64,000 nt of DNA from an uncultured Candidatus Micrarchaeota archaeon. Its GTDB lineage: Archaea > Micrarchaeota > Micrarchaeia > Anstonellales > J096. Position 1 is the stretch's first letter; every line of letters begins with the position of its first letter. Positions 38,254 through 51,915 of this stretch are shown here, in pieces. The position numbers were made by a program, and so were the translations under genes. The notes below the pieces were generated by a model. It saw only the letters and a program-made list of their open reading frames with translations. It had not been told where the DNA came from and ran no database searches. The stretch covers positions 14,793 through 78,792 of the forward strand of contig CALKCX010000003.1 in NCBI GenBank assembly GCA_938083015.1, written 5' to 3'.

Positions 38254-38774
38254 AGATAATTCTAATTACTGGTAAAAGAGGGGCAGGTAAGACTGAATTT
38301 GCTAAGATGATAGCTAAAAACATTCCAGTTTATGAAATGTCAGAATATGTTTATAGAGAAATGAAGAAGGCAAACATTGATAAATTTGATGCCATTACTG
38401 TAGGTCAATTCGCTAAAGATCTTAGAAAAAAATATGGTAATGATATTGTAGCTAGATTATTATGGGATGATATTAAAGATAAGCAAATAGTTGTAATTTC
38501 TGGAGCTAGATCACCTGAAGAAGTAGATTTCTTTAGACAGAGAGCTAAGGTAATTGTCATAAAAATAGATGCTAAACCTGAGATAAGATATGAGAGAATT
38601 GTTCAAAGAAATAGACACGGAGATATAAGATCTTATGAACAGTTTTTAGAAAAGGAAAAATTAGATGAACAATTAGGAGTAGATCAAATTATAGAAGACA
38701 TTATCATAGACAATAATCATGATATAGATTTATTGAAGAGAAAAATAGATCATCTAGTTGATTTTATAATCTAA
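38250..38774 (+). CDS. P-loop NTPase / small nucleotide kinase (dephospho-CoA-kinase-like UPF0200 family). ATGA-coupled to thrS.
   Basis: Walker A at the N-terminus: ILITGKRGAGKTEFAK. 174 aa. Confidence 0.5.
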   Translation: MKIILITGKRGAGKTEFAKMIAKNIPVYEMSEYVYREMKKANIDKFDAITVGQFAKDLRKKYGNDIVARLLWDDIKDKQIVVISGARSPEEVDFFRQRAKVIVIKIDAKPEIRYERIVQRNRHGDIRSYEQFLEKEKLDEQLGVDQIIEDIIIDNNHDIDLLKRKIDHLVDFII

Positions 38775-39551
38775 ATCGTTTCTAAAACATAGGGTAACAT
38801 TTACATTACATCTATAAGGAGAATTTATAGAGATTCTTAAAGGTAAATCTAAAATCATAGGATTTCTTCCATTTGTTAACTCTACTAATGAATCTATACT
38901 AATAGCATAGATAGATAGAATATTGCAATCGTTTTCTACATATATATCTAAAATAGAATCGTTAATAGTTCTATTTATAGGTATATCGTAATAATATATA
39001 AAGCCTTCCATAAGCTCACTATTAAAAGAGTTACATGTTTTAGTAGCTAACATAGTTACATACATAGTACCACCAGAGCAAAACATACCTATACCTACGT
39101 ATACTAGATCATCGCTTAATAACAATCTTCTATGTCCAACACTTTGAAACCAACTATCTACTACCATTTTAGCAGATTTAGCAGATGTATCACATGTCGT
39201 ATGTTTTGACATAAATAAATTCTCTCCAGCTATGAAAAATAGATATTTATTGTCTAATAATCTATCTTCTACGTTTTTTCCATCTTTGTCAAAATGACTA
39301 AAGAAGTTTTCTCTATACATACGGATAGAATAAGATCTAGCAATATAGCTTAACCTATTATCAAATACGTATGGGGAAAGATTGTAATCTATTCTAATTC
39401 TATTGATAAATTGAAAGACCATGTATTCAAATTCATTAGCAGGAGGAGCGTCTGATCTTTTAAATATTTCTGGGTCTGTTTTGTTTACACACGCAGATAC
39501 GATAAAAAGTAGACTAATCAGTAGAAATCTCAAGTAAAGATCTGTTTTCAT
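38754..39551 (-). CDS. Secreted CAP/SCP/PR-1-like domain lipoprotein. The track ORF extends to 39590; the likely start is MKTDLYL... at 39551.
   Basis: Signal peptide with a lipobox-like LFIVSAC. CAP-domain blocks FINRIRIDYNL...AGENLFMS and VVDSWFQSVGHRRLLLSDDLVYVGIG (compare GHYTQVVW...VGCA). Confidence 0.55.
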   Translation of the reverse strand: MKTDLYLRFLLISLLFIVSACVNKTDPEIFKRSDAPPANEFEYMVFQFINRIRIDYNLSPYVFDNRLSYIARSYSIRMYRENFFSHFDKDGKNVEDRLLDNKYLFFIAGENLFMSKHTTCDTSAKSAKMVVDSWFQSVGHRRLLLSDDLVYVGIGMFCSGGTMYVTMLATKTCNSFNSELMEGFIYYYDIPINRTINDSILDIYVENDCNILSIYAISIDSLVELTNGRNPMILDLPLRISINSPYRCNVNVTLCFRNDLDYKIN

Positions 39552-39665
39552 CGGGCATTTTATACCATATTCTATAAACATTAAATTCAAGCTGATCTAT
39601 TGAATTTACTTCAACAACTTTTTTATCGATTTTAAAATCCTTCAAAGGAGAATACCTTCCCATGT

Positions 39666-39893
39666 TTATTCACCTTCAATCATCTTTATTACAAATTCAC
39701 CAGTTTCTGTATATGGACTATAGGCACCACCGGCCATAGTAAAATTACATTTAGTACATTTCCATATACTATATGAAATTCTTCTAAGTTTTTGAGTTTT
39801 ACACTTCGGACATTCATATTTAGCTTTTTGCAATTTTATAATATTGTTATAAGTAGCTCTTATCTTTTTACCATACTTATTTGTCTTTAACAT
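39666..39893 (-). CDS. rpl37ae: Ribosomal protein L37ae.
   Basis: 75 aa. KYGKKIR...YECPKCKTQKLRRISYSIWKCTKCNFTMAGGAY is the L37ae C4 zinc ribbon. Confidence 0.85.
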   Translation of the reverse strand: MLKTNKYGKKIRATYNNIIKLQKAKYECPKCKTQKLRRISYSIWKCTKCNFTMAGGAYSPYTETGEFVIKMIEGE

Positions 39894-39934
39894 AAACTCA
39901 CCTAATTTACATTAATTAGAATGTTTTAAAAATC

Positions 39935-40702
39935 TTACCCGATTAGTAATCGATCAATCTTGTCAATATTATTAATTGAAATATCTATTGCTTTGTTTAT
40001 ATCATCTCTTGTTAATTGTCCATTTCCACTTTTCTGTATACTTACTAAATTTCTATCTCGATCTAATACTATGCTTATTGAAGCATCAGCTAATTCACTT
40101 TCCATATAATTAGGATCTAGTATAAGTTCATCCCCTATTTTGACAAATGTATTGCTATACACGGTATTTTTCAAAAAGCTTTTATCTAAGTATTTAGATC
40201 TATCTAAGATATTGTTTTCATATACAGGTATTTTAAGATTTAGCAAGGCCCCCATTCCTGCTAGATAACATGTATCTATAGCATTTCCATCGTAGTCTAA
40301 AATGTACATATCTAAAAACAAAGTATAACCTTTGTTAGGTTCTAATACTAAAGCTTCAAGATCTAATACTTCTGCACTTCTAAATCCTCTATCTACGACT
40401 CTTGATATCTCTATAGATCTCTCATCTGGGGGCCCACTGATAAAACTTTCATGAGCTATCGGAGAGAGATCTACGTTTACTATTAGATTTGCCTTATTCT
40501 GTTCAAATAATTCTCCTATTTCTACTTTAATACCAGCTATGACTATTGTTTTTCCTATTTTAGCAATAGCAGATCCTTCTGCAGTCGAAATTATATCTTT
40601 TTTAATTGCAATCTTTCTATATTCATCCCATTTTCTTCCATCTAATCTTAATCCATACTCATGATAATACTTTAAGAACAGATCTTTCGAGTAATACATC
40701 AT
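39935..40702 (-). CDS. rrp42: Exosome complex component Rrp42 (RNase PH-like, inactive subunit).
   Basis: 255 aa. RNase PH fold blocks. The operon order SBDS-Rrp4-Rrp41-Rrp42 is conserved in archaea. Confidence 0.75.
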   Translation of the reverse strand: MMYYSKDLFLKYYHEYGLRLDGRKWDEYRKIAIKKDIISTAEGSAIAKIGKTIVIAGIKVEIGELFEQNKANLIVNVDLSPIAHESFISGPPDERSIEISRVVDRGFRSAEVLDLEALVLEPNKGYTLFLDMYILDYDGNAIDTCYLAGMGALLNLKIPVYENNILDRSKYLDKSFLKNTVYSNTFVKIGDELILDPNYMESELADASISIVLDRDRNLVSIQKSGNGQLTRDDINKAIDISINNIDKIDRLLIG

Positions 40703-41412
40703 ATTATATCGACCAGATCATTATCAATTGGTCCACGATATTTTTTATAAAACGCTTCTCTTATAAGATTTACAAATACATCTTTTTTATCTCTAATCAT
40801 ATTTAATGCTTTCTCAAATTCCTCTCTGCTTATTTTACCATCTAATTGTAATAACAATATCTCACCTGTTCTAGACATACATATTGGTATATCTCCTTGT
40901 CCTAAGTTATCTTCTTCTTTAGATAAATCTAATACAATACGACCATTTACTTTGCCTGCTGATATACCATAACCTATATCTCTAAGAGCAATACCTGCAT
41001 CTATCAATGCAGCTACAGAAGCTACAAACGATGCTACCCTAGTACCTCCTTCTGCTTGTAATACTAATATGTTTATCTCTATTATACCTCCTGGATATTT
41101 ATCTAATAATACTAAATTTGATAAAGCTTCTCTAAGAACTTTTGATATCTCTATAGCTCGACGATTAGGAGTGTATTTTCCATGTTCTTCTAATGAAGAA
41201 AAAGTAGTCATACGATATTCTACTTTTAAAATAGCTTTATCTTGAATTTCTATAGCAGGAGGTGCCTCTTCAGGTCCATAAACACCTACCAATATCTTAT
41301 TTTTTCCCCATTCTATATAAGCAGATCCAGTAGCATTGTTTAATATACCAACTTCAAGTTTTATATTTCTAAGCTCATCATCAGCTCTATTATCAGTTCT
41401 CATCTTTATCAC
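40699..41412 (-). CDS. rrp41: Exosome complex exonuclease Rrp41 (RNase PH).
   Basis: 237 aa. MRTDNRADDELRNIKLEVGILNNATGSAYIEWGKNKILVGVYGP and the phosphate-binding TRVAS region (AEGGTRVASFVA). Confidence 0.8.
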   Translation of the reverse strand: MIKMRTDNRADDELRNIKLEVGILNNATGSAYIEWGKNKILVGVYGPEEAPPAIEIQDKAILKVEYRMTTFSSLEEHGKYTPNRRAIEISKVLREALSNLVLLDKYPGGIIEINILVLQAEGGTRVASFVASVAALIDAGIALRDIGYGISAGKVNGRIVLDLSKEEDNLGQGDIPICMSRTGEILLLQLDGKISREEFEKALNMIRDKKDVFVNLIREAFYKKYRGPIDNDLVDII

Positions 41413-41917
41413 CGTATTTACTTTTTATATAATCGAGAACATCTTTCATATGGGCCCTTCTAACAATATCATCTATAATGTTTATTGCCTTTGATATCTC
41501 TCCACCTTCTATCCAAACAACTCCGTTTCTACCAACTCCTAATTTGCTTTTAGATAATTGCCCTATAAGTTTAATCATCTGTCCTTTTGTACCAACTATT
41601 CTAGATAGTTTAGACGTAGGTACACGATATATTAAAGCGTTTTTGATTACCCGTATATCTTCTAGATTGTCATTTTGAGATATAGTTCCTAATACAAAAT
41701 CTCCTATTTTTAGCTCTATATTAATAGTTTTTATCATTGCACTTAAAGCATAATAAGAAAATATATCTATAATATAAGCTACATTCTTCTTCTCTGCAAT
41801 TACTCTACCAACTACGATATCACCTGGTTTAGGGATGTATGCGTATTCAATAGGATTTTCTATACCGTCTATCATAAGGTAATACTGATCTTTTTTATCA
41901 CCAGGCAAGGTTATCAT
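41393..41917 (-). CDS. rrp4: Exosome RNA-binding cap protein Rrp4 (S1 plus KH). Short form.
   Basis: 174 aa. S1-like PKPGDIVVGRVI... and KH GXXG region RIVGTKGQMIKLIGQLS. It lacks most of the usual N-terminal domain. Confidence 0.7.
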   Translation of the reverse strand: MITLPGDKKDQYYLMIDGIENPIEYAYIPKPGDIVVGRVIAEKKNVAYIIDIFSYYALSAMIKTINIELKIGDFVLGTISQNDNLEDIRVIKNALIYRVPTSKLSRIVGTKGQMIKLIGQLSKSKLGVGRNGVVWIEGGEISKAINIIDDIVRRAHMKDVLDYIKSKYGDKDEN

Positions 41918-42609
41918 TCTTTCACCTTCAATAGTTTACTTTCTACTTTACCATTAGTCATCTTATTCAACCTATCATATACTTCTCCTTGTATACCAGC
42001 AAGAATTTCTATTTGAGCTATTAATCCATCTTGAGTTTCCTCAAGCTTAATAGGATTTAAAGATTTAATATAACCATATACTTTGTAAGCAACATCAGAT
42101 GGGACTTTTATTTGTATTATAACAGAGGCCATTTTAATAGGTAAAATCTTTCTAAGATGTTCCAATATCTCTTTGGCCTGTTGCTCTACAGGTTTAAACG
42201 GATCTATGTTATATTTAATGTTTTGCATTGCATTTTCAATTCTTAAAGGAGGAATAGGTAAATTGGTTTGTCCATCCATACAGTTTCTAGCAAGAAAATC
42301 TATAATTTGCTTTCTCTTCTTTTCTATCATCTTTCTTCTCTGCTCTGTCGTAAGTTGTATTTCTCCTTTGTCAAGTATAGTTTTCAATATAATATTTATA
42401 TCGGTTGTACCAAAAGCTTTCTTTATATTACTAGGCGATTGTCTCTCACCTTTTTTTGCATTTTTATAAACTTCTTCAATGACCAATATATTATTAATAT
42501 CTTTTTTAGATCCTTCTAAATAAGCATAAGCTTTATCAGGATCTAATAGTAATTCAAAATGTTCTCCGTTTATTACAATCTTTCCAACTATCGCCTTATC
42601 TAAATCCAT
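41914..42609 (-). CDS. SBDS-family ribosome maturation protein (Sdo1).
   Basis: The N-terminal VINGEHFELLLDPDKAYAYLEG matches the SBDS FYSH domain (FEIxVDPDKAxxxR). 231 aa. Heads the exosome operon. Confidence 0.8.
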   Translation of the reverse strand: MDLDKAIVGKIVINGEHFELLLDPDKAYAYLEGSKKDINNILVIEEVYKNAKKGERQSPSNIKKAFGTTDINIILKTILDKGEIQLTTEQRRKMIEKKRKQIIDFLARNCMDGQTNLPIPPLRIENAMQNIKYNIDPFKPVEQQAKEILEHLRKILPIKMASVIIQIKVPSDVAYKVYGYIKSLNPIKLEETQDGLIAQIEILAGIQGEVYDRLNKMTNGKVESKLLKVKE

Positions 42610-42613
42610 AAAC

Positions 42614-43033
42614 TCACCCTTCCATTGTAATATCTTTTTTTATAACTACATCATTAATATTGAATAATTCTTTAAATATCTTTTTAGCAGCTCTAAGTTT
42701 ACTACTATTATTACCTATAGCATACTTAACATACTTCGGATCTACAAATATAACCAATACTTTATCTTGATTAGCATCAAATACATCATACCTATTTATC
42801 TTAACGTTATTATAAAACAATCTTATGAATTCGTCTAATTTATTAGAATACCCTAAAATTACAATCTTACTATTAAATTTTTTACTTAAAGTGTGAACGT
42901 ATTTCAAATCTAAATCTGGTGTATCGGTTATAAAAAACAAGTATTCTTGATCTATATAGACAGATTTAGGTACTTTTCCAACAATAGACGAGTATTCCTT
43001 TATATAATACAAATCGTCTGTATTGATTTCCAT
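42614..43033 (-). CDS. nusA: Archaeal NusA-like KH-domain protein (transcription termination/antitermination factor homologue).
   Basis: 139 aa, at the conserved position immediately downstream of rpl30e in the rpoH-B-A'-A''-L30e-NusA array. The KH motifs are degenerate, so the call rests mainly on synteny. Confidence 0.55.
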   Translation of the reverse strand: MEINTDDLYYIKEYSSIVGKVPKSVYIDQEYLFFITDTPDLDLKYVHTLSKKFNSKIVILGYSNKLDEFIRLFYNNVKINRYDVFDANQDKVLVIFVDPKYVKYAIGNNSSKLRAAKKIFKELFNINDVVIKKDITMEG

Positions 43034-43378
43034 CTATATCTTAGCTTCTCCTTTTTCTAATACAGCTACTGCGGATACGAGAAATGGTTTACCAATTGCT
43101 TGTCCCATATCTAAAGAAGTACCTATGTATATCAATCTTATTCCTTTCTGTTGACAAATAGAGGATATTTCAGATAACACATCTTCTCTAGAATTCTTAG
43201 CTAAAAACACAGCATGTACTTGCGATTTATTTAATACTCTTTTTACCTCTCTATAACCATAAACTATCTTTCCAGTCTCTGCTATTAATTTTAAATTATC
43301 TAAATTTACATCAGTTATTATCTTTTTAGATCTTTTTCTTATCAACATTTTACTACTTTTTTCATCCATATTATACAC
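43034..43378 (-). CDS. rpl30e: Ribosomal protein L30e.
   Basis: 114 aa. L30e/L7Ae fold blocks GKIVYGYREVKRVLNKSQVHAVFLAKN and LVSAVAVL. Conserved position after rpoA''. Confidence 0.85.
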   Translation of the reverse strand: MYNMDEKSSKMLIRKRSKKIITDVNLDNLKLIAETGKIVYGYREVKRVLNKSQVHAVFLAKNSREDVLSEISSICQQKGIRLIYIGTSLDMGQAIGKPFLVSAVAVLEKGEAKI

Positions 43379-43383
43379 CCTAA

Positions 43384-47004
<3,621 letters not shown>

Positions 47005-47033
<29 letters not shown>

Positions 47034-50000
47034 CTTTCTTTCTAATTAGAAGCCTTGGATAGATATGTAAAGATATAATTTCATTTAACAATAGTTTAAA
47101 TGCATAAGGAATTTCTACCTTACCAACATTATTAGATCCACATACAGGACATACGTATTCATTTTTATACTCATCTTTATATGCAAAACTTCCACAATCT
47201 TGACATATAAGTTCATAATGTTTGTCGCTATTTTCTAATAATCTATCTAATACTACAGCACCTGCACCATACCCTAATAAGGTATCTCTTTCCATCTCTC
47301 CAAATCTTAATCCTCCTTCTCTACTTCTACCTTCAGTAGGTTGTGCTGTAAGCAATTGCACAGGTCCTTTTGTTCTACTATGCATTTTATTTGATACTAA
47401 ATGATGAAGTCTTTGATAATATATAACACCAATGAATATCTTCACCTTAATCTTCTCTCCAGTTATACCATCATACATTTCTTCCTCTCCCCATTCATCA
47501 AACCCCATCTTTTTAAGTTGTTCTGTAAACTGTTCTAATTTATCACCTGAAAAAGGCGTTGCATCTACGTAATTTCCATTCATACAAGCTACTTTACATC
47601 CGAGCATTTCAAGTAAGTGCCCAGCAGTCATTCTACTAGGTATTGCATGAGGATTAATTATCAAATCTGGTACAATACCGCTTTTAGTAAATGGTAAATC
47701 CTTCTGGTGGACTATCATACCTATTACTCCTTTCTGTCCATGTCTAGAGCTAAACTTATCTCCTATTTCAGGTATTTTATTCATTCTAAATCTAACTTTA
47801 ACTACGTGATCGCCATCATCGTTAATAGTAACTATGATTCTATCTACTCTTCCTTCTTCTCCTTCTTTAACCTTAACAGAACTATCCTTATATCTCTCTT
47901 GAATTATCTTACCTATACTTATTTCTTCTAAGAATCTAGGTGGGGAGATTTTACCTATTAATATTTCATTCTCAACATAGTACTCGTCTATTCTAGGAAG
48001 TCCATCTTGATCTATCTTTGCATATAACTCAGGATCTTTATGACCAACTATATCTTCTGTAGGTTTTGTTATCTTATCTTCATAACCAGCGTAATACTTG
48101 ACTTTCTCAGTACTATAGGTTTTATACATTATACTTCTTCCAAACCCTCTATCTATTGCAGATTTGTTAATTACTACTGCATCAGTCATATTCCATCCTC
48201 TATAGCTCATTACAGCTACTACTAAATTATACCCAGCAGCTCTCTTACTTAATCCTAGATGTTCGTATATTCTACTAGTAGCTATTGGTCTCTCATTGTA
48301 ATAGTTTACATATGCCTTAGTATCGTATCTATAATTGAAGGCAGAATTATACAAACCTAGACTTTGCTTGAGCATACCACTTGCCATAGTTAATCTAGGT
48401 GAAGAATTGTATTCTGGAAAAGGTAATAATGCGGCAGCTACTCCAAATAATGTAGCAGGATCTATTTCTAAATGCGTATAATTCTTTCCATCACCTAAGT
48501 CTTCTATAGATCTAGCAATCAAAGCATTTTCTTCCTCTTCAGAATCCAAATATTCAATATACCCCATCTTTACCAAATCTTCCCAATTATATCTACCTCC
48601 TTTTATATCATCCCATATTTTCAAAACTTTTAGAATACCGTTTTCTATAACTAAATAAGGTCTTCTAAGTCTTCCAGGTGAAGTATTGATATATAATTCA
48701 TCAAATTTAGATACATAATAGAAGTTTATAGAACTACTTAATAACCCGGATCTTCTAGCATAGACTAATTCTTTAAATATCTTTTCTCCATCTTTGTATT
48801 CTCCAATATAATACCCGTCTAAGTATACTTGTACATCCCCACCAGCATACTTATTTAGAATTTCCAATATCTTAGATTTCTGTTTATCATCTATATATTC
48901 TGTAGTAATCTCTGCCGCTATTGCCAGATTTTTCAATAATGATGTTGATGCACCTTCAGGAGTCTCAGAAGGACAGATCTTACCATACCATGTACCATGT
49001 AGATCTCTTGCTTTAAAATGCGGATGAGATTTATCGAGAGGAGACAATACTCTTCTTCTATGACTTAACGATGATACAAAACTTACCCTATCCATTACCT
49101 GTGATACTCCTACTTGTCCAGCTATCCAATTACCAGTTGCCATTGCATACATAATTTTAGTCGTAAATACATTTGGTCTTATCAATGTTCCTATCTTTCC
49201 TATCTTCCTACCTCTAACTACATTTCTATTAATCTGATTTCTTATATCTCCTAACAATTGATCGAAGGCATAACCAAATAATTCAGCTATTAGGTCACCT
49301 GCAAGTTTAATTCTCTTATTTCCATAATGATCTCTATCATCTTCTTTAATCTTTCCATATGCAAGTAATGAAGCTCTTATTATCATCCTAAGTATATACT
49401 TGGCCTTCTTAATCTTAGACTCTCGTTCATCATCTGTATTAAGATGTGGTAATAGGAAATTTGTAAGCAACTTCTTATAATGATTTTCTTGTATCTCGAA
49501 TTGATTATTAGGCTTTAATCTCTTTATTAGATATACTTCTATACTTTCTTCACTTTTCTGTAATAATCTTTCTATTGCATCTTTATTTAGTAAATAATCG
49601 AAATAAACTTCTGGATATTGCTTAATAATTTGCTCAATTTCTTCATAACTAAGACCTAAAGCTCGAATGACTAGAAAAGCATTGAGTTGAGGTACAGAAT
49701 GAGGGAATTCTAAATAAAACAATCCATCTTTAGTTCTCTTTACACTTACTTTTGCCCTATATATGTCTCTTGTAGAGAATACTTTAGCTATTACAGAATC
49801 TCCGTCTTTTAATACTAATATTTTATTAGGTACTATATCTTCAATACCTATCAATGTTCTTTCAGTACCATTGATTATAAAGTAACCTCCAGGATCCATT
49901 GGATCTGTGCCTCTTTCTATCTTCTGTTCAGGTCTTAGATTGTTTAAATTACACAATACTGAATTTACCATTATAGGTAGATCTCCGACATACATTCCTT

Positions 50001-50415
50001 TTTCTATCTCTTCAAATCTATCTGTATATGTACCATCATTTTGATATTCTCTTTTATATCTAGCTATATCTACAATTACTCTTCCAGAATAAGTTAGATC
50101 TCTTATTAAAGCTTCAGCAGGAAACAATGGAAACCTGTTTCCACTACTCTCTACTCGTGTAGGAGGTTCTATAGCTATTCTTTCAATCTTATATACTATT
50201 TTATTCTTATTACTATCTCTAGCAATTCTCTCCATATCAACTTCTATTTCATTTTCTCTATTTCTAATTTTACTCTTAAGATATCTATCTATTCCTTCTG
50301 TAACAAAACGATTAAACGAATCTATCTGCTGTTTAACTAAATTGTTATACTCAAAATACTTCTTTAAAAGTACTTTAGATATTTCATTCATTTGGTAACT
50401 CATATCGTTCACCAA
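47005..50415 (-). CDS. rpoB: RNA polymerase subunit B (unsplit, 1136 aa).
   Basis: Full-length Rpo2. Conserved blocks GDKFSSRHGQKGVIG and the C-terminal Zn ribbon CQDCG...CPVCG. Not split into B'/B''. Confidence 0.95.
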
Positions 50416-50695
50416 TAACTACCCTATAATATTTATAACGTATTCCAAAATCATTTCTCTTAAATTCGATTATCTCTCCTTCTTTTGCACCTAATGCCAA
50501 TACTACAGGATCTGATTTTAATATTTTTGGTAATTCATTTTCAGACTTGCCCAATTTATCCAACAATTCTTTTTTCTCTTTTTCATCAAGCTTTCTTGCT
50601 GTAGGTATTAGAAAATGACCTATTGGATCCACCCTAAGTTTAGGGGAAGATTTAGAAAACTTACCTTTCATGTTAAGATCATATTTATAAAGCAA
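50384..50695 (-). CDS. rpoH: RNA polymerase subunit H (Rpo5/RPB5 C-domain homologue).
   Basis: 103 aa. HFLIPTARKL...LPKILKSDPVVLALGAKEGEIIEFKRNDFGIRYKYYRVV matches the RpoH/Rpb5 C-terminal domain. First gene of the array. Confidence 0.8.
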   Translation of the reverse strand: MLYKYDLNMKGKFSKSSPKLRVDPIGHFLIPTARKLDEKEKKELLDKLGKSENELPKILKSDPVVLALGAKEGEIIEFKRNDFGIRYKYYRVVIGERYELPNE

Positions 50696-50731
50696 AAAAC
50701 TTTTAAAACTTTATGTTATAAATAAAATAGA

Positions 50732-51886
50732 TTATTTTCTTAACCTTTTTGCCTTAATTATCCTTTCTGCTGCTTCTTTAATAGCATTATCTCTCATCTT
50801 ATTTATTCCTAAAGATAATAATTTCTTAAACTTATTCAAGATTCTATACTTTAAATTATCCTTCATAGTATTTTCATCTATATAATTACCTGTAATATTA
50901 TATACCCATTCCATATAGCTTCCTATTACTCCACCCGAATTTGCCAATATATCTGGTACTACGATTGAATTTAATTGTTCATCTACTTTCCAATCAATAG
51001 GATTATTTGCCATCTCTATTATCCATTTAGCTTTGATATTATGGACGTTTTTTTCATTAATTTGCAATTCCAATGCAGCAGGTGCAAGTATATCTACATC
51101 TAATTCTAATAAAGTAGCATTATCTATCTGTTCTGCATTATAACCATGAAAGGTACGATTTATTTTCTTATATTCAAGTACTTTCTTTATATCTAAACCT
51201 TCTGGATCGTATATTGCCGAGTTACTATCTGAAATAGCTACTACTTTAAAGCCAGCATTGTATAACATCTCTGCTAGATTACCACCAACATTACCAGACC
51301 CTTGTATAGCTATACTAATATTTCTCTTTTCTATCTCTTTAGCTATGTATTCTATTATTACAAAACCTCCATAAGATGTAGATATTTCTCTAAAAGCTAT
51401 ACCTCCTAATTCTACAGGTTTAGATGTAAACATGGCCGCTTCTTTCGTATCTTTAGAAATTTGATAAGCGTCTAACATCCATGCTATAATTTGAGAATTG
51501 GTATTTACATCTGGTGCAGGTATATCTTTCCATGTACCTATAATATCAGAGAAGGCAATAGCGTATTCTTTTGATAATTTTTTAAGCTGTTCTATAGATA
51601 GATTTTTTGGATCTACTTTTATTCCTCCTTTTGCACCTCCATAAGGAAGTTCTACTAAAGAATTCTTTAAACTCATTAAAAGAGATAGCATCTTTAATTC
51701 ATGTTCATCAACATTTGGATGAAATCTTATACCACCTTTTGAAGGACCTAATGCAGTACTATGTATTACCCTATACGCCTGATATTCTTGTCCATCCACT
51801 CTTAGTTTTGTCATATATACATTTTCCCAATCTAATAATTCATAATACCCTAGATTTGTCAATCTATCAACAAGACTTTGAAGCAT
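50732..51886 (-). CDS. gdhA: Glu/Leu/Phe/Val-family amino-acid dehydrogenase (probable glutamate dehydrogenase).
   Basis: ALGPSKGGIRFHP...LPYGGAKGGIKVDP (catalytic Lys-containing GGAKGG block) and a Rossmann GSGNVG motif. At 384 aa it is shorter than typical GDH. Confidence 0.8.
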   Translation of the reverse strand: MLQSLVDRLTNLGYYELLDWENVYMTKLRVDGQEYQAYRVIHSTALGPSKGGIRFHPNVDEHELKMLSLLMSLKNSLVELPYGGAKGGIKVDPKNLSIEQLKKLSKEYAIAFSDIIGTWKDIPAPDVNTNSQIIAWMLDAYQISKDTKEAAMFTSKPVELGGIAFREISTSYGGFVIIEYIAKEIEKRNISIAIQGSGNVGGNLAEMLYNAGFKVVAISDSNSAIYDPEGLDIKKVLEYKKINRTFHGYNAEQIDNATLLELDVDILAPAALELQINEKNVHNIKAKWIIEMANNPIDWKVDEQLNSIVVPDILANSGGVIGSYMEWVYNITGNYIDENTMKDNLKYRILNKFKKLLSLGINKMRDNAIKEAAERIIKAKRLRK

Positions 51887-51915
51887 GCTTTTTTATAAGC
51901 AAATAGATTTAAATA

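Noticed and set aside
42614-43033. Whether the 139-aa protein after rpl30e could be something other than NusA, for example a truncated proteasome or KH-less protein.
   Set aside because: It is kept as nusA on synteny grounds (the rpoA''-rpl30e-nusA order is near-universal in archaea), but at low confidence. The KH GXXG motifs are degenerate. It cannot be rejected or confirmed without a profile search.
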